Shown here: positions 1 through 9,742 of the stretch, piece by piece | How the letters are laid out: every line of letters starts with the position of its first letter | Position numbering within the stretch: position 1 is the first letter of the stretch | Source of the DNA: Candidatus Indicimonas acetifermentans | GTDB taxonomy: Bacteria; Gemmatimonadota; Gemmatimonadetes; Palauibacterales; KS3-K002 | Reading direction: 5' to 3' | Length of the DNA: 64,000 nucleotides | NCBI GenBank assembly: GCA_947581815.1 | Contig: CANPVX010000002.1 | Span: 381 to 64,380 of the forward strand | Notes under the pieces: model-generated | What the model saw: only the letters and a program-made list of their open reading frames with translations | Databases searched by the model: none | What the model was told of the DNA's origin: nothing | Position numbers and translations under genes: made by a program

Positions 1-664
1 GGCAGCGCTCCGGTCGCGCGTGGTTATCCGAAGCGATCAAATCGACCCAGCCGCTGCTGAGGAAGCGGAGTGCCCGAGCGCGAATACTATCTCCGTTTTC
101 ACCCAACAGGCTACCGCCGTTCAGCTGCATCAGGACTCCCGCCGCTCGCCACTCCGGGACGATACTCAGAGGCCGGTCGTATCCCCAGTATCGCTCGGGG
201 TGTGCAAGGACGGGAACGTAACCCTCAGCCACTATGCTTCCCAGCACTTCGGCCGAGCGCTGCGGGATCGTGAACCCATGAAACTCGACGAGCACGAAGC
301 GAGTGCCCCCGAGCCGCAGGGCCTCATCCTGCAGATCGAGCCTAGGGACATCGAGGGAGATCTCGAAACCTCGCTCCAGCGTCAGGTCCGGAAGCGATTC
401 TGAGACCGCGGCGCGCAGCTCCCGCCACGCTTCTTCGGCGAGTTTTCGCCGGCTACCCTCGACCCTCGAGGCTTGGAGATGAGGCGTGGCCACGACTGCC
501 GTCACGCCATCCTGCCACAGCGCCTGCAGGGCGTCGAGCGCGCTCTCAAGGTCGGGCGCGCCATCATCCACGCCCGGGATCATATGCGTGTGGAGATCTG
601 CAATCCCCGGTGACGCTGGACCCCCGTCAGACCCAGGCCCGGGCCTCGGCTCTAGTCCATGCAC
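1..664 (-). CDS. PHP-domain protein-tyrosine phosphatase, CpsB/YwqE family (partial; C-terminus runs off the window's left edge)
   Basis: Reverse-strand translation gives ...GIADLHTHMIPGVDDGAPDLESALDALQALWQDGVTAVVATPH...LAHPERY...ASDNHA. That is CpsB motifs I-IV (HxH-PGxDDG, TPH, AHPERY, SDxHN). No ATG upstream; the probable start is a GTG near 664. The frame stays open to position 1. Confidence 0.8.
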   Translation of the reverse strand, partial: MHGLEPRPGPGSDGGPASPGIADLHTHMIPGVDDGAPDLESALDALQALWQDGVTAVVATPHLQASRVEGSRRKLAEEAWRELRAAVSESLPDLTLERGFEISLDVPRLDLQDEALRLGGTRFVLVEFHGFTIPQRSAEVLGSIVAEGYVPVLAHPERYWGYDRPLSIVPEWRAAGVLMQLNGGSLLGENGDSIRARALRFLSSGWVDLIASDNHARPERC

Positions 665-678
665 ATTTCGAGCGCTCG

Positions 679-1014
679 TCAGCCCCTCCCAGCCCACCTG
701 GCCGCCAGCTCGCCAAGCTCGCCGCCGGGGCCCATGCTCCGGCAGCGCTCAACGACATGGTCGGGATCTGAAGCGGCGACGGCCTCACACGCCAACGTGA
801 GCAGCCCATCCGCAACCAGCAGATCGAACGCGGCCTCTCGATCCTCCAGACGGCCGTAGACCGAGTCAAGAAACTCGCACGCCGCCTTCATCAAACGACG
901 CGCCAGGTCCGTATCTTCGTTCAGGTCCTGGACGACCTCCGAAAGACGCGTTCGTAGCGGCTCCGGCGAAGCGGCCAACCGCTCCATCAGCCAGCCCTCG
1001 GTGATCTTCATCAC
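679..1014 (-). CDS. hypothetical small acidic helical protein (111 aa), translationally coupled to alaS (ATGA overlap)
   Basis: ORF with high GC3 and start overlapping the alaS stop by 4 nt. No recognisable motif. Confidence 0.4.
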   Translation of the reverse strand: MMKITEGWLMERLAASPEPLRTRLSEVVQDLNEDTDLARRLMKAACEFLDSVYGRLEDREAAFDLLVADGLLTLACEAVAASDPDHVVERCRSMGPGGELGELAARWAGRG

Positions 1015-3662
1015 CCGGCTTTCTCGAGCATCGGACGGACGATATCCGGCACCTTCTTCAGAGCCGCCTCGGCCTCCTCGCGCCCGCCTACGCTCCCCTG
1101 TGCGAGGTGGGGTCGTCCACCCCCTTTGCCGCCGGCCAGCTTCGCCACCTCGCGCACCACCGCGTCAGCTCGCACGCCCTTGACGATCAAGTCATCGGTC
1201 ACGACGGCAAGCAGCGAATATTTGTCCCCCACTGCCGCGGCCACCACTCCAATGCCGGTGCCGAGGCCGGCGCGCAATCGATCGCCAAAGTCACGCAGCG
1301 CTTCCGAGTCTGCGGCCGTGATCGTGCCAATCGCCACCTTCGCGCCGTCCATCGCAGTCGCATCTTCTACCAACCGCTTGACGTCGCCTTCTGCGGCGCG
1401 ATGGACGTTGACTTTCAGCTGCTCGCGCAGCCCTCGCCGCTCCTCGATCAACGAGTCGACTCGGTCGGCGAGGTCGTCCTGACTCACTCTCAGCGCGTCG
1501 CCCACCCGCTGCAGCAGCTGTTCGTCTTCCTTGACCCGAGCGTAGGCGACGCTTCCCGTGACCGCCTCGATCCGGCGCACACCAGCGGCAGAGCCAGTTT
1601 CTGAAACGACCCGGAACAGACCTATCTCGCCGGTCGTACGAACGTGACAGCCACCGCACAGCTCGAGGCTGAATCCGGGCACACCTACGACCCGCACCTC
1701 GTCGCCGTACTTCTCGCCGAACAGAGCCATGGCGCCGCGTGCGATCGCCTCTTTGTACGCCGTGTGCTCCTTTGTGACCTCGATGTTCGCCCAGATGCGC
1801 TCGTTCACCAGCCGCTCCACCGCCTCCATCTCATGATCGGTTAGCGGGCCGGTGTGAGTGAAATCGAAGCGCAGACGATCGGGCGCCACCAGCGAGCCCG
1901 CCTGGGTCACGTGCTCGCCAAGAACTGTCCTGAGGGCTGCGTGCAGCAGATGCGTCGCGGTGTGGTTGCGCTGCGTATGACGACGGACGTCATCGACCAC
2001 AGCCCGAACGCTTCCCGGCACAAACTCACCCTCTAGAGTGCCGATCACGACGACTCGATCGTCGATCCGGGCGACGTCATCGACGCTCATTCGCCAGCCA
2101 TCGCCTTCGACGAACCCTCGGTCGCTCACCTGACCTCCTGCCTCCGCATAGAACGGGTTGCGCTTGAGCGCCAGGACCGCGCGCCCGTCTTGGAGCGCGG
2201 CAGCGAGTACATCGGTGTCGACCACGGTGCTGTCGTAGCCGACCCACTCCTGAGCGTCGTCCGAATAGCGCTGCCACGCGTCGGCGGGAATGTCGAGCGC
2301 CTTGAGCTCGAGCTGGCCGCGCCGCTTCTGCTGTTCTCGCTCCTCGCGCGAACGTCGACGCTGCACGTCCAGAGCTTTCTCGAAGCCTCCCACATCTACC
2401 TCGTAGCCGCGCTCCCCCGCCATCAGCTGCGTGAGGTCGAGCGGAAAGCCGAAGGTGTCGTAGAGCTTGAAGGCATCGCTCCCCGAGATCACTCCGGTCC
2501 CCCTGCCCCCCCTTCGGCCCTGGGGAGCGAACTGCTCGAAGCGCTGCATCCCCTCGTCGATCGTAGACATGAAGCGCTCTTCCTCGGCCTCGGAGGTGCG
2601 AAGGATGTGATCGCGCCGCTCCACGAGCTCAGGATAGATCTCTCCCATCAGCGCGACGACTTCGCCACAGATCTCGTACAGCATCGGCTCCCGGTGCCCG
2701 AGCAACCACGCATGACGGCCTGCGCGCCTCAGAATCCGGCGCAACACATAGCCGCGCCCCTCGTTGGTCGGGAAAACGCCATCGGCTATCAGGAAGGCGC
2801 AGGCCCGGGCGTGGTCCGCCAAGACCCGGAAGGATACTGCCGCGGAGTCGGCGGGCTCATACTTCCGCCCGATGACCTCTTCGGCCCGCTCGATGAGCGG
2901 CATGAACAGGTCGGTGTCGTAGTTGGAATCGACCCCCTGCAGCACCGCAGCGATGCGTTCCAGCCCCGCTCCCGTATCGATCGAAGGTTTAGGCAGAGGA
3001 TCGACGTTGCCCGCCTCATCCCTGTCGAACTGCATGAAGACGAGATTCCAAATCTCGAGAAGCGACCCCGCTTCGGTGAGCTCCGCGAACTCGGCATCCG
3101 ACAGTTCCTGCGTCGCATCAGAAGCGCGCTGATCGTAGTGTATCTCGGATGAGGGGCCGCACGGCCCGGTGTCGGCCATCTGCCAGAAGTTGTCGGCGTC
3201 GCCGAATCGCTTAATCCTGGCCGCGGGTAGCCCGGCCACTTCCTGCCAGAGCTCGAACGCCTCGTCATCGGTGTGGTGGACCGTGGCCCATATCCTGTCG
3301 GGCTCAAAGCCGTACTCTTCGGTACACAGCTCCCAACCGAACCGAATCGCCTCGTGCTTAAAGTAGTCGCCGAACGAGAAGTTACCCAGCATTTCAAAAA
3401 AGGTGTGGTGGCGCGCGGTCTCCCCGACCTGCTCGAGATCGTTGTGTTTCCCGCCGGCGCGTACGCACTTCTGGGCGCTCGTCGCCCGCTTGTAGGGGCG
3501 CTGCTCGCGCCCGAGGAAGGTGCTCTTGAACTGCACCATCCCAGCGTTCGTGAACAGCAGGGTCGGATCCTCGCTCGGGACCAAGCTGGACGAATGCACG
3601 TGCGTATGACCGTTGCGCACAAAGTAGTCCAGGAATCGTTGCCTTATCTCTTTGGATCTCAT
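1011..3662 (-). CDS. alaS: alanine--tRNA ligase
   Basis: 883 aa. N-terminus MRSKEIRQRFLDYF...FTNAGMVQFK is class-II AlaRS. The editing-domain HxxxH...CGGCH region (GGCHV) is present. Confidence 0.97.
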   Translation of the reverse strand: MRSKEIRQRFLDYFVRNGHTHVHSSSLVPSEDPTLLFTNAGMVQFKSTFLGREQRPYKRATSAQKCVRAGGKHNDLEQVGETARHHTFFEMLGNFSFGDYFKHEAIRFGWELCTEEYGFEPDRIWATVHHTDDEAFELWQEVAGLPAARIKRFGDADNFWQMADTGPCGPSSEIHYDQRASDATQELSDAEFAELTEAGSLLEIWNLVFMQFDRDEAGNVDPLPKPSIDTGAGLERIAAVLQGVDSNYDTDLFMPLIERAEEVIGRKYEPADSAAVSFRVLADHARACAFLIADGVFPTNEGRGYVLRRILRRAGRHAWLLGHREPMLYEICGEVVALMGEIYPELVERRDHILRTSEAEEERFMSTIDEGMQRFEQFAPQGRRGGRGTGVISGSDAFKLYDTFGFPLDLTQLMAGERGYEVDVGGFEKALDVQRRRSREEREQQKRRGQLELKALDIPADAWQRYSDDAQEWVGYDSTVVDTDVLAAALQDGRAVLALKRNPFYAEAGGQVSDRGFVEGDGWRMSVDDVARIDDRVVVIGTLEGEFVPGSVRAVVDDVRRHTQRNHTATHLLHAALRTVLGEHVTQAGSLVAPDRLRFDFTHTGPLTDHEMEAVERLVNERIWANIEVTKEHTAYKEAIARGAMALFGEKYGDEVRVVGVPGFSLELCGGCHVRTTGEIGLFRVVSETGSAAGVRRIEAVTGSVAYARVKEDEQLLQRVGDALRVSQDDLADRVDSLIEERRGLREQLKVNVHRAAEGDVKRLVEDATAMDGAKVAIGTITAADSEALRDFGDRLRAGLGTGIGVVAAAVGDKYSLLAVVTDDLIVKGVRADAVVREVAKLAGGKGGGRPHLAQGSVGGREEAEAALKKVPDIVRPMLEKAG

Positions 3663-3873
3663 CGGCTCATCGACGCGTTGTCCATAAGTTCCGGCGCTCT
3701 GCCAATATGACCGGGGAGGGGAGTGTTCTCAAGCTCGCGGCGCCGGCTGGGCTGGATTCGTACCGCAAACTAGCGCATCATTCTTCTCCATTACGGACGA
3801 CTCGACGAGACCGGACTTCGGGGTTTCAAGCGATGCGGCTGAAGCTGGTTGTGATGAGAAAGGAGAATCGCTG

Positions 3874-6708
3874 ATGGCGCGCCGCTATCTTCCACTGGTG
3901 CTCGTCCTGATCGCTCTGCTGCTTGCCGCGGCACCGGGGCTGGCCCAAGAGGCCGCACTAGACCCGAACAGCCCTCTTCCGGTCGACCCCAACGTAACCG
4001 TTGGCGAACTGCCGAACGGCCTCCGCTACTACATCCGCGAGAACAGGGAACCGCAAGAACGGGCGGAACTTCGCCTCGTGGTGAACGCTGGATCCGTTCT
4101 CGAGGACGAGGATCAGCTGGGCCTGGCGCACTTCGTAGAGCACATGGCGTTCAACGGCACCGTCAACTTCCAGAAGCAGGAGCTGGTCGATTACCTGGAA
4201 CGTATCGGGATGCGCTTCGGGGCCGACGTAAACGCCTATACCAGCTTCGATGAAACTGTCTACATATTGACGGTCCCCACGGACAGCGCGGAGATCGTCG
4301 AGACGGGGTTCCAGATCCTGGAGGACTGGGCTCACGGGCTCTCCTTCGACCACGAAGAGATCGACAAGGAGCGCGGCGTAGTGATCGAAGAGTGGCGACT
4401 CGGGCGCGGAGCCGGCGCTCGTATGCTCGATGAGCAGCTACCTATCCTGCTCAAAGACTCACACTACGCCGAGCGCCTGCCCATCGGGGAGAAGGAGATC
4501 CTCGAGACGTTCGACTACGAGGTCCCCAAGCGATTCTACCGCGACTGGTACCGGCCCGACCTCATGGCCGTGGTTGCGGTGGGTGACTTCGACGCCGCGG
4601 ACATCCGGCGATCGATCGAGCAGCACTTCGCCGGCATCCCCGCGGCTTCTAATCCACGCGAACGCGTTCAATACCCCGTGCCCGATCACGACGAGACGCT
4701 GTTCGCCATAGCTTCGGACGAGGAGGCCACCTTCTCGAGCGTGAGCGTCTATTGGAAGCAAGGACCCAGCGATGAGGGCACTGTAGCGGCCTACCGTCAG
4801 TCGATCGTCGAATCTCTCTTCAACCAGATGTTCAACTCCCGACTGTTCGAGCTGACCCAGGAAGCTGACCCACCCTTTCTCGGGGCATCGTCCGGCCAAG
4901 GCCGGCTGATCGGATCGAAGGAGTTCTACATCCTGGGCGCCGGCGTAAAGGACAACGGAGTCGAGCGCGGCCTCGAGGTGCTACTCCTCGAAGGAGAGCG
5001 CGTCGCTCGCTACGGCTTTACGGAGTCAGAGCTGGAGAGAGAAAAAGCAGAACTGCTGCGAGCCATGGAACACGCCTTCGCCGAGCGGCAGAAGACGAAC
5101 TCCAGCGCCTACGCATCGGAATACGTTCGCAGCTTTCTCTGGGATGAACCGATACCCGGCATCGCCGTGGAATTTGAGCTCCACAAGAAGTTGGTGCCAG
5201 AAATCGCTTTGGACGCCGTCAACAGGCTCGCCAACGAATGGATCGTCGACCGCAACCGCGTGGTACTGGCCGGTGTCCCTGAGAAAGAAGGAGTCGAGAT
5301 ACCCACCGAATCCGGGCTCGCCGGCATCTTCGCTGCCGTGGTGGACGCCGAGATCGAGCCCTACGAAGATGTCGTCGTCGACGCGCCGCTCGTGGCTAGC
5401 GCCCCGGTCCCAGGCGATATCGTAGGAGAAGAACTTCTCGAGGATCTGGACGTTCTGCGTTGGACGCTATCCAATGGCGTGCGCGTAGTGCTCAAGTCCA
5501 CGGACTTCAAGGACGACGAGATCGTCTTCCAGGGGCTGAGCCCGGGTGGAACCTCGCTCGCATCCGATGAGGACTACGTCGCCGCCTCGACCGCGGCTGC
5601 GCTCGTCAGCCAGAGTGGAGTGGGCGAGTTCGACCTGATCCAGCTACAAAAGGCGCTGGCAGGAACGCGGGTTCGCGTCTCGCCCGGCATTACATCCTTG
5701 TTGGAGGGATTCACCGGCCGCGCGTCGCCGGATGACGTCGAGACGATGTTTCAGCTGATCTACCTCTACTTCACTGCGCCGCGCCGGGACGAGCAGGCCT
5801 TTCTTTCGTTCACGTCGCGTATCCAGGCGTTCCTCGCAAACCGTAACGCCGACCCGCAGGCGGCCTTCCAAGACACACTCTCGGTCACCCTCAGCCAGCA
5901 TAGCTTTCGCTCACGCCCTCCTTCACCGGAAGTCTATGAGGAGATGAACCTCGACGTGTCGCTGGACTTCTACAAGAATCGCTTTGCGGACGCGGGCGAC
6001 TTCACGTTCGTCTTCGTGGGGAATTTCGATCCCGCGGAGCTTAAACCGCTCGTGCGAACGTATCTCGCGAGCCTTCCCTCGAGCGGACGCGACGAAAACT
6101 GGAGGGACCTGGGGATCGAGCCTCCCGCCGGCGTCGTCGAGCGGGTTGTATACAAGGGCATCGAGCCCAAGAGCCAGACGCGGGTCGTGTTCACTGGGCC
6201 GTTCGAGTGGACGCGCGAGAACCGGCACGCGATCAGGGCGCTCAACGATGTCATGCGAATAAGGCTGCGTGAGGTTCTACGAGAGGACATGGGCGGAACC
6301 TACGGCGTCTCGGTATCCGGCGGCGGCCGGCGCGACCCGAGGCCCCGCTACAACTTCAGCATCGGCTTCGGCTCCGACCCCGAACGCCTCGAGGAGCTGG
6401 TGAGCGCCGTTTTCGTTGAGATCGACAGGTTGAAGACGTCCGGGCCTACCGAGGAAGAGGTCGCCAAAGTCAAGGAGACGATGCGCCGCAGCCGGGAGAC
6501 CAACCTGCGCGACAACGACTACTGGTTGGGTCAGCTTCTCGCGGCCGAGCGCTACGGGCTCGACCCCAACAACATTTTGAACTACGAGGAGCTAATCGAC
6601 GCCTTGACTGGCGAGATCGTGCGCGCGGCGGCCAATAAGTACTTGCGTACTGACAACTACGTGCGCGTGTCTCTGTATCCTGAAGATTGGCAAGCGAGCT
6701 CTCGTTAG
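3874..6708 (+). CDS. M16 (pitrilysin/insulinase) family zinc peptidase, two-lobe, secreted
   Basis: 944 aa. Signal peptide present. HFVEHMAFNGT is the inverted zinc motif HxxEH. Length fits fused active plus inactive M16 halves. A GGAGA ribosome-binding site lies upstream. Confidence 0.9.
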   Translation: MARRYLPLVLVLIALLLAAAPGLAQEAALDPNSPLPVDPNVTVGELPNGLRYYIRENREPQERAELRLVVNAGSVLEDEDQLGLAHFVEHMAFNGTVNFQKQELVDYLERIGMRFGADVNAYTSFDETVYILTVPTDSAEIVETGFQILEDWAHGLSFDHEEIDKERGVVIEEWRLGRGAGARMLDEQLPILLKDSHYAERLPIGEKEILETFDYEVPKRFYRDWYRPDLMAVVAVGDFDAADIRRSIEQHFAGIPAASNPRERVQYPVPDHDETLFAIASDEEATFSSVSVYWKQGPSDEGTVAAYRQSIVESLFNQMFNSRLFELTQEADPPFLGASSGQGRLIGSKEFYILGAGVKDNGVERGLEVLLLEGERVARYGFTESELEREKAELLRAMEHAFAERQKTNSSAYASEYVRSFLWDEPIPGIAVEFELHKKLVPEIALDAVNRLANEWIVDRNRVVLAGVPEKEGVEIPTESGLAGIFAAVVDAEIEPYEDVVVDAPLVASAPVPGDIVGEELLEDLDVLRWTLSNGVRVVLKSTDFKDDEIVFQGLSPGGTSLASDEDYVAASTAAALVSQSGVGEFDLIQLQKALAGTRVRVSPGITSLLEGFTGRASPDDVETMFQLIYLYFTAPRRDEQAFLSFTSRIQAFLANRNADPQAAFQDTLSVTLSQHSFRSRPPSPEVYEEMNLDVSLDFYKNRFADAGDFTFVFVGNFDPAELKPLVRTYLASLPSSGRDENWRDLGIEPPAGVVERVVYKGIEPKSQTRVVFTGPFEWTRENRHAIRALNDVMRIRLREVLREDMGGTYGVSVSGGGRRDPRPRYNFSIGFGSDPERLEELVSAVFVEIDRLKTSGPTEEEVAKVKETMRRSRETNLRDNDYWLGQLLAAERYGLDPNNILNYEELIDALTGEIVRAAANKYLRTDNYVRVSLYPEDWQASSR

Positions 6709-6767
6709 CCGCTCTCGAGAGTCAGTCCAGCTCGAACTGCAGCAGGGGGGAGAAGGTAGCGACCGGG

Positions 6768-7307
6768 TTACGAATTGCGCTCTGAGTGGTGAGGCGCCCA
6801 CGTATCCACGGCTTCGCCCACGATCTGGACGCCGAACCCGCGACGCGCCAGATGATCGCGCAGGCGGCGCCGCACCGTCCGATCACCGCTTCGCCCGTTC
6901 CTCAGGCTGGACACTCTCTTCTCCGCAGCGCGGGCCGCCAGCGCCCGTTCGTCCACCCGCTCATCAGCAAAGACCTGCTCGATGATCGGGACCGACTCGT
7001 TACGGCCGATTCCTTTCAGATAAAGCTCGTCGGCCATGCGGCGCACACCCATCGGGCGATGGGCGATTCGACCGCGTACGTAGCTTTCCACGAAAGCCGT
7101 ATCGTTCACCAGGCCGACCTGACCGAGCCGCCCCAGTGTCTGCTCTACGGTCCCCTCGGCGTAGCCGCGCTCAGCCAGCTTGCGGCGCACCTCCTGACTC
7201 GTGCGCGGCCTGTACGATAAAAAGGACAGCGCCGCGTCCAGCGCGCGGCGCTGTTCATCCATCGGCTCCGACAGAGCCGCCGGGTCGTCACGGACCTCGT
7301 CGCTCAC
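6768..7307 (-). CDS. recX: RecX regulatory protein
   Basis: 179 aa RecX-like helical repeats, immediately downstream of recA on the same strand. Confidence 0.8.
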   Translation of the reverse strand: MSDEVRDDPAALSEPMDEQRRALDAALSFLSYRPRTSQEVRRKLAERGYAEGTVEQTLGRLGQVGLVNDTAFVESYVRGRIAHRPMGVRRMADELYLKGIGRNESVPIIEQVFADERVDERALAARAAEKRVSSLRNGRSGDRTVRRRLRDHLARRGFGVQIVGEAVDTWAPHHSERNS

Positions 7308-7355
7308 TTTCCCGTGGAGATGTGACAGCTGGCTCTTTGCGATCTCGAGACTCTG

Positions 7356-8411
7356 CTACTCGGCCACATCCGCAGATCGTTCTAGCGGCGCGCTAGCGCC
7401 GTTCGACTTGGCGATCCCCAGTGCTTCCCGAACTCGAGTCTCGATCTCCTCGGCGACATCGGGATTCTCCGCCAGAAAGCCCTTCGCGTTCTCTCGTCCC
7501 TGACCCACCCGGTGGTCGCCGTACGAGTACCAGGCGCCCGCTTTCTTCACGATCTCCTGCTCCGTGCCCAGGTCGATCAGCTCGCCAGTCCGAGAGATCC
7601 CCTGGCTGAACATGATGTCGAACTCGGCCTGGCGGAACGGCGGCGCGCACTTGTTCTTCACCACCTTGACGCGCGTCCGATTCCCAACGTTCTCGTTGCC
7701 ATCTTTGATCGCCGCTATGCGGCGAATGTCCAGTCGCAGTGAGGCATAGAACTTCAACGCCCGGCCGCCCGGCTGCGTCTCGGGGTTACCGAACATGACG
7801 CCGATCTTCTCGCGAATCTGGTTGGTGAACACTACCGCAGTGTGCGACCGACTGATGGCGCCGGTAACCTTGCGCAGCGCCTGCGACATGAGCCGTGCCT
7901 GCAGACCCATATGCGAATCCCCCATCTCGCCCTCGATCTCGGCACGCGGCACGAGCGCGGCGACGGAATCTATCACCACTACATCCACCGCCCCGCTGCG
8001 TACGAGGACCTCCGCGATCTCGAGTGCCTGCTCGCCAGTATCGGGCTGCGACACCAGGAGATTATCTAGATGGACGCCGAGCTTCTCGGCGTAGTCTATA
8101 TCTAGAGCGTGCTCGGCATCGATGAAGGCAGCCACGCCTCCAACTTTCTGAGCGTTCGCGATGATCTGAAGCGTGAGGGTCGTCTTACCGGAAGATTCCG
8201 GTCCATAGATCTCCGTGACTCGGCCGCGAGGGATGCCGCCGATACCCGTCGCCACATCGAGGCCGATCGATCCAGTCGGGATAGCCTCGACCTTGACGCG
8301 GGCCCCATCCGAGCCCATTCGCATGATCGCGCCCTTCCCGTGTTGACGCTCCACCAACGAGATCGCGACGTCCAGTGCCTTCTTCTTCTCGTCACTCAGC
8401 TCCACGGCCAT
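7356..8411 (-). CDS. recA: recombinase RecA
   Basis: 351 aa. Walker [11 protein letters not shown]. Canonical RecA N-terminus and L1/L2 regions. Confidence 0.97.
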   Translation of the reverse strand: MAVELSDEKKKALDVAISLVERQHGKGAIMRMGSDGARVKVEAIPTGSIGLDVATGIGGIPRGRVTEIYGPESSGKTTLTLQIIANAQKVGGVAAFIDAEHALDIDYAEKLGVHLDNLLVSQPDTGEQALEIAEVLVRSGAVDVVVIDSVAALVPRAEIEGEMGDSHMGLQARLMSQALRKVTGAISRSHTAVVFTNQIREKIGVMFGNPETQPGGRALKFYASLRLDIRRIAAIKDGNENVGNRTRVKVVKNKCAPPFRQAEFDIMFSQGISRTGELIDLGTEQEIVKKAGAWYSYGDHRVGQGRENAKGFLAENPDVAEEIETRVREALGIAKSNGASAPLERSADVAE

Positions 8412-8505
8412 GTCCCCTCCTCTTGAAGTGCGCGTCGCGCCACGCAGCAGCCAAGCCGACGCTGGAACACTCGATCCACACTAGACCCCCACGATCAAAC
8501 GATCA

Positions 8506-9558
8506 TCATCCTGACGGTGTCGCGGCTAGAGCCTCGAATGCCTCGCACGCTCTCTCGATACCTGCATCGTCTACGTCCAGGTGAGTTACCGCTCGCAACT
8601 GGCCCGGACGCGCCGTCGCCAGTACCAGCACGCCTCGCTCCCTCAGATATCCAATCGCTCGTTTCGGCGACAGATCAGACCTCTCGATTTCGATCATGAT
8701 GATGTTCGTGTCGGGCGGCACCACACTGAAGCCATCCAACCCATTCACGAACTCGGTCAATCGCCTCGCCCGAGCATGATCCTTCGCCAACCTCGGAAGA
8801 TTATACTCGAGCCCATACAGCGCGCCAGCCGCCAAGATGCCCGCCTGACGCATGCCCCCGCCCAAGCGCTTGCGGATCGTCCAGGCCCGTTCCATCGCCT
8901 CCACGCTCCCCGCCAGCGCCGAGCCGACCGGAGCTCCGAGTCCTTTCGAGAAGGTGACCATCAACGTGCTCGTCTGAGCCGCAAAATCGGCGAGCGGCAC
9001 CCCGGTGGCGACGGAGGCGTTCCACAGCCGCGCGCCGTCCAGGTGCAACGGCAGTCCGTGCTCCATCGCCAGCTCCCGTAGACCCCGCAACACGTCCAGC
9101 GGCATCACCTTGCCCCCGGCCATGTTGTGCGTGTTCTCGGCGCAGATGAGCGTGGTCCGCGGGGTGAACCGATCGTCAGTTCGCCGGATGTAGGGACGCA
9201 CGTGGTCGGCGGTCAGAATTCCGTCCTCGGTCGGCACCGGGCGAAGCTGAACGCCAGACCAGGTCGCGGCGCCGACCAACTCGTAGTCGATATGGTGGGC
9301 GTTCGCCTCGCAGATCGCCTCGGTGCCCGGCTCGCTGTGCAGGATGATCGCCGCCTGGTTGGCCTGGCAGCCGCTGGGGAAAAAGAGGGCCGCCTCCTTA
9401 CCCAGGAGCTCGGCTACCCGCTCCTGTAGGCGGTTGATCGTGGGATCATCGCCCAGGACGTCATCGCCGACTTCGGCTTCCGCGATCGCGCGGCGCATCT
9501 CCGGCGAAGGACGGGTCACCGTGTCGCTACGAAGGTCGACCACGCTGTTCTTGGCCAT
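8506..9558 (-). CDS. ltaE: low-specificity L-threonine aldolase
   Basis: 350 aa. [19 protein letters not shown]...[10 protein letters not shown] matches the threonine-aldolase PLP fold. Confidence 0.85.
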   Translation of the reverse strand: MAKNSVVDLRSDTVTRPSPEMRRAIAEAEVGDDVLGDDPTINRLQERVAELLGKEAALFFPSGCQANQAAIILHSEPGTEAICEANAHHIDYELVGAATWSGVQLRPVPTEDGILTADHVRPYIRRTDDRFTPRTTLICAENTHNMAGGKVMPLDVLRGLRELAMEHGLPLHLDGARLWNASVATGVPLADFAAQTSTLMVTFSKGLGAPVGSALAGSVEAMERAWTIRKRLGGGMRQAGILAAGALYGLEYNLPRLAKDHARARRLTEFVNGLDGFSVVPPDTNIIMIEIERSDLSPKRAIGYLRERGVLVLATARPGQLRAVTHLDVDDAGIERACEAFEALAATPSG

Positions 9559-9742
9559 AGGTATAGGGTTGAGGCGACGGCAGTCGGTTCAAGACCTCAA
9601 ACTATTTCGGGACTTGTTCGGGGTCAAGGGCCTGTAGCCGCCGCCCGGGAAGCGTCCCCCGGGCCCGCCGCCGGGCTCCAGTCGAGACGCGCCCTTGCCC
9701 AGGTCATCGCCGGTCCTCAAAGTGACGAAGCTGCCGACCCCC

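Noticed and set aside
20-403. 127-aa plus-strand ORF at the window start
   Set aside because: It is antisense to the CpsB-type PHP phosphatase frame, which carries all four family motifs. Its product is low complexity and Arg/Pro-rich, typical of shadow ORFs in high-GC DNA.
2190-3152. Many long ORFs overlapping well-supported genes on the other strand or frame. Examples: 2190..3152 +, 2789..3622 -, 12430..13371 -, 13546..14037 -, 16381..16821 -, 18123..19280 +, 20291..20902 +, 24661..25452 -, 27032..27955 +, 29694..30383 -, 32183..33256 +, 34189..35175 -, 38228..39067 +, 51369..52088 +, 59622..60758 -.
   Set aside because: All lie inside genes with strong family signatures. Their products are Arg/Pro/Gly/Ser-rich with no motifs, as expected from stop-codon-poor high-GC sequence. 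None is gene-sized in an otherwise empty region.
3663-3873. T-box or other leader in the alaS / M16 peptidase divergent spacer
   Set aside because: No specifier-loop or T-box (AATTAGGGTGGNACCGCG-like) sequence. It is just a divergent promoter region with a GGAGA RBS for the peptidase.
9575-9600. tRNA-like ggttcaaga (T-loop-like) in the ltaE / dehydratase spacer
   Set aside because: No acceptor stem or anticodon arm can be folded around it. No other tRNA hallmarks occur anywhere in the window.
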